Positions 41,401 to 55,010 are shown, numbered from the stretch's first letter. The stretch: DNA of 64,000 nt from Fimbriosthenelais zetlandica (GCA_977030845.1 OZ365116.1:13826001-13890000), one strand, 5' to 3'. The notes: generated by a model from the sequence alone, not told the origin. A program made the numbers and translations.

Positions 41401-44400
41401 ATCAGTTTCCAATGTTTTAAAGAACATCCCGAGAGTTTTAAGCACCTAATTTATGGTGGCTATGATTCTTTGTGGTGTGAGGCGTTTTCCCTAGCCCTGT
41501 GGGAAACCACTATGCACTCTTTGTTGTGATTATTAATCAATCTCTGGTCTAAATCAGAATCTGAGTCGCCCCCTAGTGAGTAAAAACACTAACTTTATCT
41601 TCATGATGTTGGTTTCTTCATGATGTTGGTTGCTTCTGTAGAGTTCCGCTAGGGGGAGACAGTGTGCTGGGACAACGCATCCAAGTGATTACCCAATCTT
41701 GGTTCTCACTTTTCTCCCTACTGTTCTAGGGTTAATAAATAATCACTGTTAATAAATATTTCTAAATGAATACAAATGACATATATATGTACAGAAGTGT
41801 GTTTATGATTTGCTATTGCATAAATGCAAGAATGATTAGTCTGAGTGAGTGGATGTGAGTGACTCGCCCATTGGAGCTGCTCATGCCGTATGACACACAA
41901 GGCGTCCTCCTGGTCCGCAGTATTTTTCAATGTAGAAACCTGGAGGAAAACTCCAGGCGGAGACACTAGCGATTCTGAACACCAAGCTTCTAGGTTGGTG
42001 AAACCTGCCAGAAAATGTCCCAAACAGATTAAAAGAGTTTCAAAAAAGAGGATGCACTCCGCCTTTATGCCATCTGATGTGAGTGCATCTTCCTCATGTG
42101 TCCCTGCATCCTGTTAACTTCACATTTAACTTGGACAAATCTGAAGCCACTGAAGAAGGCCTTTCAGACATTGAGTCTACTTCCCTGCTCTTTTCATGGG
42201 TCTCTATCTCAGAGCAAAGGTGATCACTTAAGTTAGTTGCCAGTCAGTGATCCCCTATAGGGCAGGCCATCCCTCATGAAAAGAGCCTCTTGTCAATCCC
42301 TCAACATGCACCACCTTCATTATCTTCTCATTCTCTGTACATACTTCACGTAGAGAAGAGCGAGCACCGAGTGGTGGCTGAGATACGGCCTGATTGACAG
42401 TTCATTTATCAGACTAACTGTCTACAAGCAGGGCAGGCATGTAGTGGGCTGCTTTGTTAGTTAGCAAGTTTCATCACTGTCAAAAGGTGTTGGCCTGCAT
42501 TATATAGGTTGTGGCCTGGATTTTAACACATTTTTCGTATACATTATATATTGTATAATGCATTTGCAATTGCATTTATGATCATTGAAACTGGGTCACA
42601 CACTTTAGTATTTACATAAGGGTTGATAATGGAAGGATGATTAGGAGACTGAATGGGTGGCTCAATACATTGTATGAGCAGCTGCGTGCATGTTTATAAT
42701 GAAAGACTGCAGCTCCATAAGAGAAGCCTTCCATAAGCTTTTCAAAATTCATACATTTTTGGAATCAAGAATAGTATTCTTTCTGAAACCATGAAGTATG
42801 ACTTTTTGACACGCTAATTAACCTAATTCCTCCTTTCCATAATTATTACAATCAAGTGGAGGTAGATATTTTGCATGACGCAGTAGGAGAATCTGAGGTT
42901 GGATATTTATCTTTGTCCTCCGTGATAATTTTGTTTGGATAAGACATCAAAGGTTTGTTACTATGTCGGACCGTATTGACTTTCAAATGGATCCAGAGAT
43001 TGGATGTGTGTGTGCTGGAATTAACCCTCATTGTTGATATAGTCAGGGAAAGATATAAATACAAATTCCTTTCGAAGCAATTTTGCAATCCCAATTAATC
43101 TTTTTTTAACTTTCTAATCCATGACTTTACTGACATTGTACCCTTTCCAATATCTCAGAATATATTTGAATGACGCTTTCCTGTTTACTTTGAGATCTTG
43201 AGATCACTTTATTTAACGTAAATCTCATTTCCTTTATTGATCCTTTATGACAGGCTAAGCTTGGAAAATAGTTTTTTCTATTTCAAGAGGTTGTTTAATT
43301 TCATTCTTAAAGTATTTTACAACACGTTGCTCTATTTCTAGCTGTAGTAAACCAGGCTTTTCGACTGTCGGAAGCCGGGTTACGCTGGCAGCTTTATCGA
43401 CAAACGCCATTTACCTGTGAGAGACTTTGACAGTTACTATTCTCCTGTCAATTCTGTCAGGGTATTCACAGTGTCCATATATTGCCTTTGAATGCTAGCA
43501 GTGAATTGCCTTCTAACAAGGCCACAATATGGCAGCCGTCCTTGTTTGGGACCCTGTCAAAATGTGATTTCATCCTGTCATTGTGTGATGGAAAAGCTGA
43601 TAATATCTTCCAGTATTTGTATCGGAATTATGTTTTTATGGAACTTTCCAGCACAATGTTGGAAAAATGGATGGTTTTAAAAGAGTTGACCTTTAATGCA
43701 TTTCATGTTAGCAGCCCTTGTGTATAGAGATAGATGATATTCAATATACCGGTATCTTAATACTGTCTCTACTTTCCGCGCTATGATAGTTGAATAATGT
43801 GATAAGAACAATGATGTTGGTATCTCAGCTCATTGTGACAAACGTCTGAAGCTGCAGGCACTGCCTTCTATACAGCTTAGCACAGTGTAGCAGGCTTCTA
43901 CCTCATAGACATGCTTAAAATTCTTTGAATTTAACATGACATTATTGACAATAATATTCAGGAAAAGCCCTTGCTGAAGTTATCAATTATTCTACTCGAA
44001 ACATCACAATTTTTCTCCCATTTCCCCTGTATTCCTTTGGGAGTGATATGAAACCATATAAGCTGGATTTCGCGACCAGCTTCCACCCCGATCTCCAGCA
44101 AACCTATACCTATATAGACATGAAGTGAGTGGAAGAATTGGGTATTGACTTTGTAAAGTGTGCGCATTGTGGCGCTGTGGGTGGACTGGAAGTATGAGAG
44201 AGATATGAGCCAGTTAGCGGCACCCGCGGGCTGCCAGGTTAAAACAATGCTGAGTCGCCATTATGTACTCCTTGTTCTATCAACCTGACTGCGTCAATAT
44301 ATACATACCTTTATATTACACCCATACATTTTGCTCATTTCCTCCCTAAACCCTTTATGTGTTATCAACTGCATGATTTTAAGGACACTAATCCTGTCTA

Positions 44401-44848
44401 TGATATAAATTATAACATATACAGATGCCCTTTTTATTATTTCATAACTGGTTGGTTGAAAAAAGGGCCATACCTACGTTTGTTATGGAATGGTATTGTT
44501 TTTGGCATTGTTGTGGAATGAGAGGTAGAGGAAGAGATGTAGGTTATATGGGATACTATTGTTCACCATGACCATTAGGGAGTTGAGAGAAAATAGCTTT
44601 GAAGTGGCGAGCAGATATGTCTGACTTTGAAGTGAATAATCAGCGTATTGAAGTGTTCTTTGATTTCCTGTCTGCACGTGGGATGTGCGCAGATGGACGA
44701 GATAGGGTTCCTACCCTATAATTTACTCACTCTTCCTTTTCTTGAGACAATATTGTATATTCAGGTTGTGTTCATAATAAGCTGGGGATAGATCTGTTAA
44801 ATCATTCAGCATGGAAATGGAAAGAGAAGCGAAAAGAGAGACAAGACC

Positions 44849-44864
44849 CTCTCTCTCTCTCTCT
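44849..44864. repeat. (CT)8 microsatellite
   Basis: Direct reading. Confidence 0.95.
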
Positions 44865-45854
44865 TTGTGCCAAAAACTATCGGATTGTACTTTGAAGTTT
44901 GAGACAGAAGATTGAAGTACGGTAGAGTTATATTCTGGCGGTGGGATTAGTTTCTACCCAGCTCTCAATAGCGTCCTTGCTAGCCGTGAGCTCTGAAATC
45001 AAAACGTAGATCCCTGGCGGCAGGGATTTTCATTAATCCGCTTCCTTCCTCCAGCACCGACTCCTCCTTCTTCCACTTTTCGCTGACACCTGTTTTTGGG
45101 TGCTAGAGAAGCAGGCGATCGTAACATGCACCTCGGCACCGGCATTGTCTGCATATTTTATATCACCGCAGAGAAATCCCTGAAAACCAGTGATTTTCCT
45201 CAACGTATAGGCTACAAATTAGGCACAGCTACTGATATAGGTTGACGTTAAGGGCGAAATTAAGTTATCACGGCTGTGACATGTTAGACTAGCTGGAGGT
45301 CATTACTCCAGTCAATGCTCATTACATTAATCACCATTACAGCCCATTGCGGGTTGAACTATACCGTATGGGTTTAATGGGCACACTGATGACGTGGGAA
45401 ACCTGGAAATCCAAACTTTCTCTACCGAACTTTGTTAAGTTTTCTTATGAAGATTATGTCCCTTCCAGACTCATCTTGGTTGACATCTGTCAGGGGAGGC
45501 GATATGTTATGTATTAGGTGAGAAGATTGCTTTTACCTCACCTTCTCTCTCTCACATCTCACTGTGTGACAGGGCTGTAGGACAGCCTTAATTACTTTCA
45601 TTAGCTGCTCTTGTCTGCCGTGTAGAATGGATTATACCTCTACCACTCACCCTCCTCACTATAGAGAGAGCTCAGTGAGTAGAAGACTTACACAGCTCTA
45701 AGAATATGATCAGCCATTCATGCTAGTTTTCTGTACAGTCATAGTACCAGACATTCAGGATATACGTTCCATGGTCTTATCAATCCCCCTGCTTCCTGAA
45801 TGGGCTGGGCTCTTGTATATATGGGGGCTTCCTGGACCTTTCACAATCCCAGGC

Positions 45855-45908
45855 TCAAGCTCCATGCCCTTCAAGCTCCCTGCCCTACAAGTTCCCTGCC
45901 CTTCAAGC
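45855..45908. repeat. Tandem repeat, 16-bp unit x3.4
   Basis: TCAAGCTCC(A/C)TGCCCT units. Confidence 0.9.
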
Positions 45909-48112
45909 ATGGGTTCTCAGTTTGCATTCAAGCACCCTCCTAACAAAAAGCTAGGCAAAGGCACATTATTATGCTGCCTTATGCTTGGAACAGACTGCAA
46001 ACGCCTCTGGTTGTGTGCGTTTTTCTTGTGATGCGAATTCAGAAAGCAAACTGCCAGTAATTGAGCACACAAATAAGATTTTCTAATCTAGTTGCAGAGG
46101 CTATGTGTTACTTGATTTAGACTGAAAGAGATCAAGCCATATGCGGATATAAAAAGTTGCCTGTGCCTGGAGCATGCCCCCCAAAAACGCCCTGCTCTGT
46201 TCAAGGAATAATTTGATGTACCCCAGTCCACATACACTGTATAGAGATTCATATGATGTGTTCTACTATTGAAATCCGATTAACCATGAGCAAAGCCATC
46301 TAATGTAATGAGGACATGTCTGTTAGCTATCTTAATCACAAAATAATACACCATGCCTCATTGTTTGAGCTGAGCATTAGTCATAAATTGGGAGGTGTGT
46401 TTTTAACCCCCGTACATATACTTTTAATCATCCAGTGAGAGAGACTATATATATGTGTATTTAAGCTTGGAGATCTCCATTCTGATAAATAAGACCTGGC
46501 AGAGGCGCATCAGCCAATGACTATTTCATCTGGATGGCATCTTTGTTTTTTTTCATCCATATAGAATTAGCCACATCAATTTGACAAGCTAAAGCTTATT
46601 ATGATACTTATCAATATGTATGAGATCTTAAATTTCAGTCTTGGGTATAGAAAGTGCATTTATAACATGGCCCCTAGCAATCCCTATAACAGTACAACCT
46701 TCTCCAAAATAACTGAAAACTTTCTCTTAAGAGAATTTCTTGTGAAGCAATCATATGAATTATTGAAGAAAGAGCAAAAAGGTTATAGTGATTCACCTGG
46801 CTTTTTCCTCAGATGTTCTCATGGCTTTGTTATTGCTCCTTTATTTCCCATCTCACATTGCTCTTCCCTAAGCTTGATATTCCTTAACCGGATTAGTAGA
46901 AGCTGTGAAGAACTTAAAGCAATAGAAATCCCCCTACAAAAATGCCTTCTGAAGTATATAGCCTCCATCATCATTTATTCTCAAAGCAATTCTCAGTCAA
47001 AGAATATCAAAGAGTCTATATATCCAAGATTTACTTTTCAAGTTTATGGATAGAGCTTAAGTTCTTTGATCACTGATGGCGTTTTAGTTTTATCTCTAGG
47101 TGTTTTATTATTTTCCCCTAAAATAATGGAAGCAACATGCAGTTTGGCGTGCTGTTGATGGTGGTACCTTTACAGGGGGTAGCTGGCAGGTTTAGTGGGG
47201 AGGAGTGGAGGCTATAAGGCCTACCATCATCCCATTAAAGACTACATCAAGTGCTATGTCTCTTTATCTACCCATGACAGCCATCACTTATGAGGTTATT
47301 TTGTCCACTAAGCCAGTTTTTCCTTTCCTCCTGTCATTAACTATAACTCAATACTTCTGTCTGTAATTGGCTTCCAGGGGATTGGCTAAATATGTCCCTA
47401 TATAGGTAACACACATTGCCTGGTGCAATCCCTGGATCTATATATCCCCACGATCATTCTAGTTATGTTTCAGGAGTTTCTTGTACATGTATATGACTGA
47501 AAGAAGCACCACATGACATTTTTTATCTTTGCACCCCAAAGTTCCATGGGCGTGCATATATGAAAAACATAACCGTTACATCAACTTGAGAAGCCACCTT
47601 TACAATTATTCATGTTTCCAAGAGGGATATTTTTTTTATTATAAGACATGGCAACTTTAGTAAGCAATTAGTACTTAATACATAGCTAAGGTGAGGGGTC
47701 GTGTGATAATTAAAATAACATATCTTGACCAACTGTACCTGTTAAAAGATTCAATTTAAACCTCATTACTGATGATGGCATTATAGAGTATCAGTTAGCA
47801 GCACGGATGATAGACTAGGTTAAGATGTGACCTCTAATCGATCCCTTTACTCTTGGGAGACATTGATCCGCTTCAAAATTTTGAATGCCCTTAAAGGTCA
47901 TTGATTATCTGTGCCCTCAGGGTATGCACATGCTGCAGTGGAGCTTCCAGGGTCTTAAGACCTTCCTTGAGCACCAGTCGCCGGATCAAACAGCAAAAAG
48001 CCCTTTAATGGATTCGTGATGAATGTTCAATTGCCGTTTCCGTCTCAACAGGGGCTTGGTGATGTCAGGGGACACACTGGTGGGATCAAGACATTGCCCT
48101 CTGTGCCTCTAA

Positions 48113-48315
48113 AGCCAGGTCTCCACTACTGCGATTTTGTTTGCGACACTACTGCGACAAAGGTGATGTTTGTGTCCCAATGAAAAATGTACCAGTGGAG
48201 GACGACCTTAAGGCCTTGGTCACTTGGACCACAATGTATTAATTTGATTGCGACACAAGCATCACCTTTGTCGCGGAAGTGTCGCAAGCAAAATCGCAGC
48301 AGTGGAGTACAGGCT
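48113..48315. mobile_element. PIF/Harbinger-type fold-back MITE (203 bp)
   Basis: About 73-bp imperfect inverted arms (AGCCAGGTCTCCACTACTGCGATTTTG... versus AGCCTGTACTCCACTGCTGCGATTTTG..., about 10 mismatches by hand alignment). TAA on the left flank; right flank is TGC, so the TSD is not intact. Confidence 0.78.
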
Positions 48316-50697
48316 TGCGGTTTGAAAACCTATAGGAAACCCAGCGAAACATCCATGTTAAATGTTGCACCAACATTTGAGTGGAGCATTAGTAGCTAGC
48401 GTTGATTCATGATTTTATAGCCATGAGGAGTGAGTGAATGGCCTTGTTTGGTCAACTAGAGGTCTAGACTCGCCCATGATCATGTTTTATGGAGCCTCGT
48501 CGTGTTGATGAGTCTGTCAGGTAGCCTGGCCATGTATTTACCCTGATTTCAGCCGCATCCATTAGATGGCTGTGTTATAGATGCACCCTTTCCGCTCCCT
48601 GATATCTCAGTCAACACCCCTACATGCCCCTACCATACAACATTAGACGCCATATTGTGACCACCCTAATCAATCAACTTTTATTCCCTTTGCATTTTGT
48701 TTTTAGAAAAATAGATACCAGACTTAGATCTATTCTCCTCGGGAAAGTTGTAAATAAGAATATTATCAGACTTAATAATCCAGTTACCAACCTGCCCTCC
48801 CATCCCATATTCAGCTGAAGATTGATTAGAAAAAATATATTGATTGGATTCAATGGGAATCCCTTCTCGCCAAGTGATTTTTTCACGTTCACATTGCATT
48901 CACTGCTATTCACTGGATCAATTAGATTTTTCATCTACGCTTCTGATCCAAATGTACAATCCTTTAAGGAATAGTTAAGATCAGTGTGCCTGCGTTTAAT
49001 TTCTATAAAAATGATCATCGAGGCAAGCTAACATAAAGTTTCAACAAAATGTCTGCTGAGAGAGGCACACACTTACTTGTAAAAGTTAGTCACAGTTTTA
49101 TGTGCTCATATAACGCATTACGACTGGGCAGGTTTTTGTTTACATTGACTGTCATTCTGCTGTTAGCCTTCAGAAATCCATTAGCTCTTTACCACCCCTC
49201 CATGCAGTCCCTGCTCTGAATGCTAGCTTTGGGTGATCTCAATGGATTTCAAAATTCTTTTTGAAAATATTAGGCAAAACGGAGACAAATAGTCACTGTC
49301 TGTTTTAGAACCGTACCATTAATGGATAAATGTCATGTACATGGTGGAAAATGGGAAGTCTATGGCTTAATAGTTGAACTAAAGTTTAGAATACAGACAG
49401 ACTGGCAGGTACAATAGCTGTCATGTGAAATGCCTGCAGGGATTAGATCTGATATAATGTCATTGAACCATATAGGAATGTGGTCTATATCATATATACC
49501 TCCTCGCCCCTCAGGCCCATGATGAGCCAGCCTTTTTTTGGCCCTACCTTGCATTTACAGTACTTAATCCCATAATGTGGTTTTCCTCCCACAGACTGAT
49601 TAGCTTCAAGCCTTGATTTGATGCACACACTACACGGTTTCCTTTTCAAGGCGGTCTGCTGCCGATTAAGCCTCTGAGATTTTTTTTGAGGAAGCCATTT
49701 TTGTTTGGTAATTGGTATTCTAATTAATTTTGTGATGGTGGAAGCAAGAATAAAAAAGTAACTGATCATAACCTCTCACAAATTGTGGGGGAATATCGAG
49801 GAAAGATGTGGTTGTATTATGGACTTAGTGTTTCTAATATTCATTGCGTCGAAGTTAATTTATCTCGTGAGCTCAAAAAATATATATATTGTTGTTTTCG
49901 GCCAGACATAGAACCCAAATATAGCATCACACCCCAGTCTGACTTGCAAATAAATTGCCAAAAACTTTCAAATTATTTCAAGAAACTTCCCCAAATATAT
50001 ATCCCTGCAAGTATGCTATCTATCAAGCCACAATAAGGCAGGTTTGACGCTACCCATCATTGGTCCACTGTTTAATTGATCGCCTTGAGACCTATAGGTA
50101 ACTCATGAGGAGAAATGTGAGTCCAGCCTGAATGCCTTCATGTGATTACAGTGATTGGACTGAAGCACTCTGTATTGTGCTCACGTAGCCTGCCAGCTGC
50201 CTCTTATACTCAACCACACTCCCTCCTCCTCTTGCGGGTGTAAAATACCTCAACCACCGACTCATCAGTGTGCAAGGCATGGCACACAAACCTCACTCAC
50301 TTTTGGGTTCTTGAACCCATTCATGTTTGATGCCTTAATGAAATGAGATAAACCCATTTACTCTAAATGCCTTTCTTTTTGATGTGAAGTATCATTGTGA
50401 ATTGTCATTGTTTAATGCCTTTGTGTGGTCACCCATCCATTTGTAACATGTAAAGCGCAGAAACAGAATGTGCGGTAAAAACCTTTTTGTTGGTTTGTCC
50501 TGGAAAATTGCACTTTAAAGTGGTGCCATTCTGTTTATAAAAAATATAACCATAGCCCATCAGTTGAATACGTTCTTTCTCTGTGGCAATATGAACCATT
50601 GTTCCCGCAGTGGAAGCGGTATTTTAAAGTGACATGCTTTGTTGATTGTTCCCAATAGTTCTCAAGTGTTTGCTCTTGAAACTTTTCCCTCAATCAG

Positions 50698-50780
50698 CCT
50701 CCAAATTTGCCCTTCTCCCCAGTGCTGCCAACTGGGTTATCAAAATCCGGCCATGTACCTCATCAGAGGCATGTAAAAGA
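50698..50780 (+). repeat. Dispersed repeat, copy 2 (unclassified)
   Basis: Same core and flanks as 12447-12535, same orientation, 38 kb away, with an internal indel. Confidence 0.85.
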
Positions 50781-51007
50781 ATCAATGATGGAAAGAGCAG
50801 GCCAATATCCGGTAGCATGTTTCCCCTAGTATCAATATATGAGCTTGGATGTTGGTGTGACGTTAAACACCAATCATCCAGCACCAAACAGCCACATCCT
50901 GAACCAACTGCTTTTACCTTTAATAATGTAGTACTGCCAGACCTGCTATTTACTTTAGTAAACAGTGTCGTCCCTGTGAAAATGTCTCCCAATCCACCTG
51001 AACGACC

Positions 51008-51175
51008 AGCTGTCAGTGTCCAGCGTTAGCTGTCAGTGCCCAATGTAATTGTTAGCTACCAGTGTCCAGCGTTAGCTGTCAGTGTCCAGTGTTATATAGC
51101 TGTCAGTGTCCAGCGTTAGCTGTCAGTGTCGAGTGTTATATAGCTGTCAGTGTCCAGCGTTAGCTGTCATTGTCA
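51008..51175. repeat. Minisatellite with alternating 20-bp and 24/26-bp units
   Basis: AGCTGTCAGTGTCCAGCGTT alternates with AGCTGTCAGTGTCCAGTGTTATAT; unit lengths are 20, 26, 20, 24, 20, 24, 20, then degenerate. Confidence 0.95.
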
Positions 51176-54100
51176 AGCTGCCATTGTGCAACATCATTCA
51201 CTAAAATACTTATTTTCCCCTTTTCCACCCCATGAGTTTTGCGATACATTCATTGATTTATAACGCTTATATTATAATATAAGATATGTTCATATGGGTT
51301 TTATTAACACTGGTAGTTTTACAAAGCTGGTCTTGAAAGTATTTTTGGACCAAGAACGATATATAGATTATTATGTAGTGAAGTCGGGCAGAGTGGTTAA
51401 CGAAGAGAAAGGTCTTTGCTTCGTCAGCAAGATCCATGTTTAATAATCGATACAGCACTGATTTACAGCGACTGTGAAGACGGCATTAGGGCCTACTACC
51501 TTCTCCCTGCACCTCACAATGCTCCTGTGTAAAGAACATAGCCCGACCTTCCACGGTTTATCTCTCAATTCAAGCCCCCTCCAGCTCTGATTGAAAAATT
51601 GATGACTTGATATTGAGTGGTATGTATCTTGGTGTGTGGGTTGGATTGAATTATAGGAGGGGTGAGGGGATAGAGAGCTGAGGTCAGTAGGGCTTCATGA
51701 TTCACATTCTATACCTCAACCTTTCACCATAAGAGCAAGGAGGGGCATCTTAGCCGTGATGGAATGGCACTAGGTCGTGAGTAGTATATAAAGATGAGAG
51801 TCAATGGTCAGTCTTTACCCCACCCCATGGGCCATTATACGGAGTGAGTGAGACATAAAGTTCTCATTGCCCTTATCTTTGATTGTTCCGCCAGCAAATT
51901 TATCATATAATTATTCATTCTGTATTTAATTAAGCAAGATATGGCTCTTCCCAATCGCTTCATATTCCGTTTCATCTTTATTAAATTTCGAATTTAATTG
52001 AAACACTAACTGAAAAGATCCTTCAAACAAACTCTTCATACTTCACTGAAGGATGTTGTTCAGCTTGTTGAGTGTTTTTGGAGCCTGCCCATTGAGAATC
52101 ACTTATCCACTTTCATAAAGGGACTAGCATCTCCTGGCCGCCTGAGCTTGTTTGCTGGGTTAAATAGCCAGTATGTGGGGGTGTTTATGTAGTATGTGGT
52201 AGATGCTACTCTCCTGGGTGTGATATCACGCTCGCTGACTGTTGCACCCATCATGTGTAATGTGGGTGTTCACTGCAGTCTCTCCCAATGGAGGTCGTCC
52301 ACCCAGGCTTGGTCCCTGATAAGGCTGAAAGTGAGCATTGTTTCCACTTAACCTACACTACAAAGTGAGATATAGACCTGTATATTTCTATATTCTTTCA
52401 TTAAATTTTGTTTAGTCCATAGATTGAAGTTGATACACTTATCCGTATAAGTTCTGATGAGGCCATGGATTTCCTTATATAATATTCTTGGTTTTGGAAC
52501 CATATTTAAAAAAGAAAACCGTTTGTTTTCTTGGCCTGATAAGGTATTGATCAGTTTGAGTATCTTACCACGACTGGTGTGAAAGGTTGGTTTAGTTTCC
52601 AACCAATTTACATAATATTAGTCTCTGGTGGGAGGAGGCTGGACGTGGGCTGAGTGACAACAAGCTCTTTTTACCCCATACTCCCAACTCATCCCTCTCT
52701 CAGATTTCAGCTTTGTTTCAACTCATTCTCCAAGTCCTAAACTATTTCATGTCTTGTCAGATGTAAATAAGCTTGAATCTTGTTAGTCCATACTAAAAAA
52801 GCTCCCATGGAATCATCAATAATATGCTTACACAAGCTTTATTGCCTATTGACCGTTGCTACCACCACAGTGTCACCATATACCGGGACCATTTGTATTC
52901 CGACTAGAACTGTTGTAACATGATCCACCTCCGGCTCTACTGGATAGACCTTCATATTTGATGTGCCATTACCATAAAAAGTACCACGGGGAAATAGATA
53001 CTCTCCGCTTCCATCTGTCACGCGGCTCTATAATGGCGCCCTATGCAAAGACAATCTTAGGATCAAGATTCAATTATCCTCCTCATCTTCCCCATCCCTG
53101 GGTGCTATAAGATTGTCCGAGTGTAGGATTCAATTGATATTTTTTATGATCAAGGGGATTTACTGATGGCTACCCGACCTGGTATGATGCTTCCATGGGG
53201 TTATCAACCGTATATCTCCTACCGCTGAGGTGTATAGCCCAATGGTCACTCTAATGCTTTTGTGATTAATGCAATGAAAATATGTTTACTATACATGAAT
53301 ATGGAGTACTGTACCCTTCCTATATAACAGACCTGTACATCAATGGACTTGTTGCTGATAACTTGTTAATAAATAAACCCCTATAGTTATTTAGAGCCCT
53401 TTGAAACCGAATTGGTTTCCCCCAGTTCCAGGATACAAGCCTGACAATGTTCCACTCATTTGCCTCAACTTTATTTCTGTCTGACTGAGATATGCTGTTT
53501 AGAGGCCTTTGTTCTTTTGAGATATTAGTAAGTGAAATGTGTCTTTAACTTTGTGTCTTCAGCTTTATGGAGAATGGCAGCTTCTCTTTACAGGCTGGAA
53601 TACTGTTAAGGAATGTGCTAAGTATCACTGACAATGATATTATCACAAGAATATCTAGTAGAAGCCCCTCCGAGTATTACACGTTTAACTGTCAGTCTGA
53701 TTTGGTCTGTGTGACAGTGAGAAGGGGACATTGTCATCGAGGCTCCTGCTCAGATGTATGCTGCTCCTGAAAGAGAAAATACTGGAAATTTCCTCTGCAG
53801 GCAATACAAGGTCACTGAGTAAAATTGATACTTTCACATTCATGAAATGGCAAGATGTATTATTGAAGAAAGACTATCTCTCATTGTTGCAAACTTAATA
53901 TCAGAACTGAAATGTCAGCTTTTAATTTGCAGGAGTCAATGACTATAGGCCTTGGTAACTGAGCCTCGGAGAATGAGGTGGGATATCAATACACTTTATG
54001 TCAACACTCATATGTAATTACAGATGTTATGAGAAAGTTTTAGAACGTACTTGAAATCAAGTAGAAAATTATCAAACTTTAATCCATGAATCTAAAACTA

Positions 54101-54528
54101 CGGATGGGTGTATGAAAATGAACAAAATTGTTTTAATCGTGGAAAGAATACTGTGTGGAAGCGAATACATAATATTGAGAAATATATGTGTTTAAGAGTT
54201 AGACGCATTTTATCTTCAGCTACATTTTATCTTCATTTCTTTCACCTATTTGCGCAGCCTTCTGCTCATCTGAGTATTGGGTATAAAACCCACATATATC
54301 TTCAACATATATAAATACAAAATGGGCCCCAAACCCCGGCATCAGGCATGAAAAAAGTACTGTCTTCTTCCTCAGCTGTGGGCTAATGCACATAGAAAAG
54401 CACTTGAGTCTGCACAGCCTGTCAATGATTATATACCGTATCTGTATTTGATTCCATATCTGGGGATATGAGGTCTGTATTGTGAATGTTGATTAATTAT
54501 ATGGCTGTAAGATATTGCTATACAGTGA

Positions 54529-54560
54529 TACAGGTTGAATATTACAGCTATCAACCTGTA
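54529..54560. mobile_element. Collapsed Tc1/pogo-like mini inverted repeat
   Basis: TA-CAGGTTGA...TCAACCTG-TA: a perfect 10-bp inverted repeat including the TA flanks, with a 12-nt spacer. Short enough to be chance. Confidence 0.3.
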
Positions 54561-54783
54561 CCGCTCTCAGTCTGGTGTCAATGAGCACCTGTTAGTTAGC
54601 ACCTTAATGAGCCCATCCCCTGGCTGGCCCCTATAGCAGGGATGACTTGTGAAGTCACATTTGGCAGCTCCTTGTTTCATTGACTGGCTTCATTGTGGGG
54701 CTTCAATGACGCCTGTTAGGGGCAGCAGCTGGCCGCGTCTGACTTGACTAGAGGGGAGGCTGACTGGGCCTGCCCGCACTGTA

Positions 54784-55010
54784 CTGCAGATAGAGCCTTT
54801 TGCTGTCTTTACGCATCTGCAGATAGAGCCTTTTGTTTTATTAAGTATCTGCAGATAGAGCCTTTTGCTTTATTAAGTATCTGCAGATAGAGCCTTTTGC
54901 TTTATTAAGCATAGATCTGCAGATAGAGTCTTTTGCTGTCTTTACACAACTGCAGATAACACCTTTTGCTGTCTTTACACAACTACAGATAGCACCTTTT
55001 ACTGTCTTGT
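54784..55010. repeat. Minisatellite, 32-36-bp unit x7, two tail variants
   Basis: Head CTGCAGATAGAGCCTTTTG at 54784, 54817, 54849, 54881, 54917, 54950 and 54983. Tails are either CTGTCTTTAC(A/G)CA (A) or (C/T)TTTATTAAGTAT (B), in order A-B-B-B-A-A-A. Confidence 0.95.

Noticed and set aside
50690-50992. PSLILLHA resembling the Academ/XPG FHALTGCD motif
   Set aside because: TGCD is absent and the second repeat copy does not keep the frame.
54784-55010. CRISPR-like array (constant head plus variable tail); also considered for 6696-6811 and 38121-38275
   Set aside because: Variable parts are recurring variants, not unique spacers; no cas genes; eukaryotic context.
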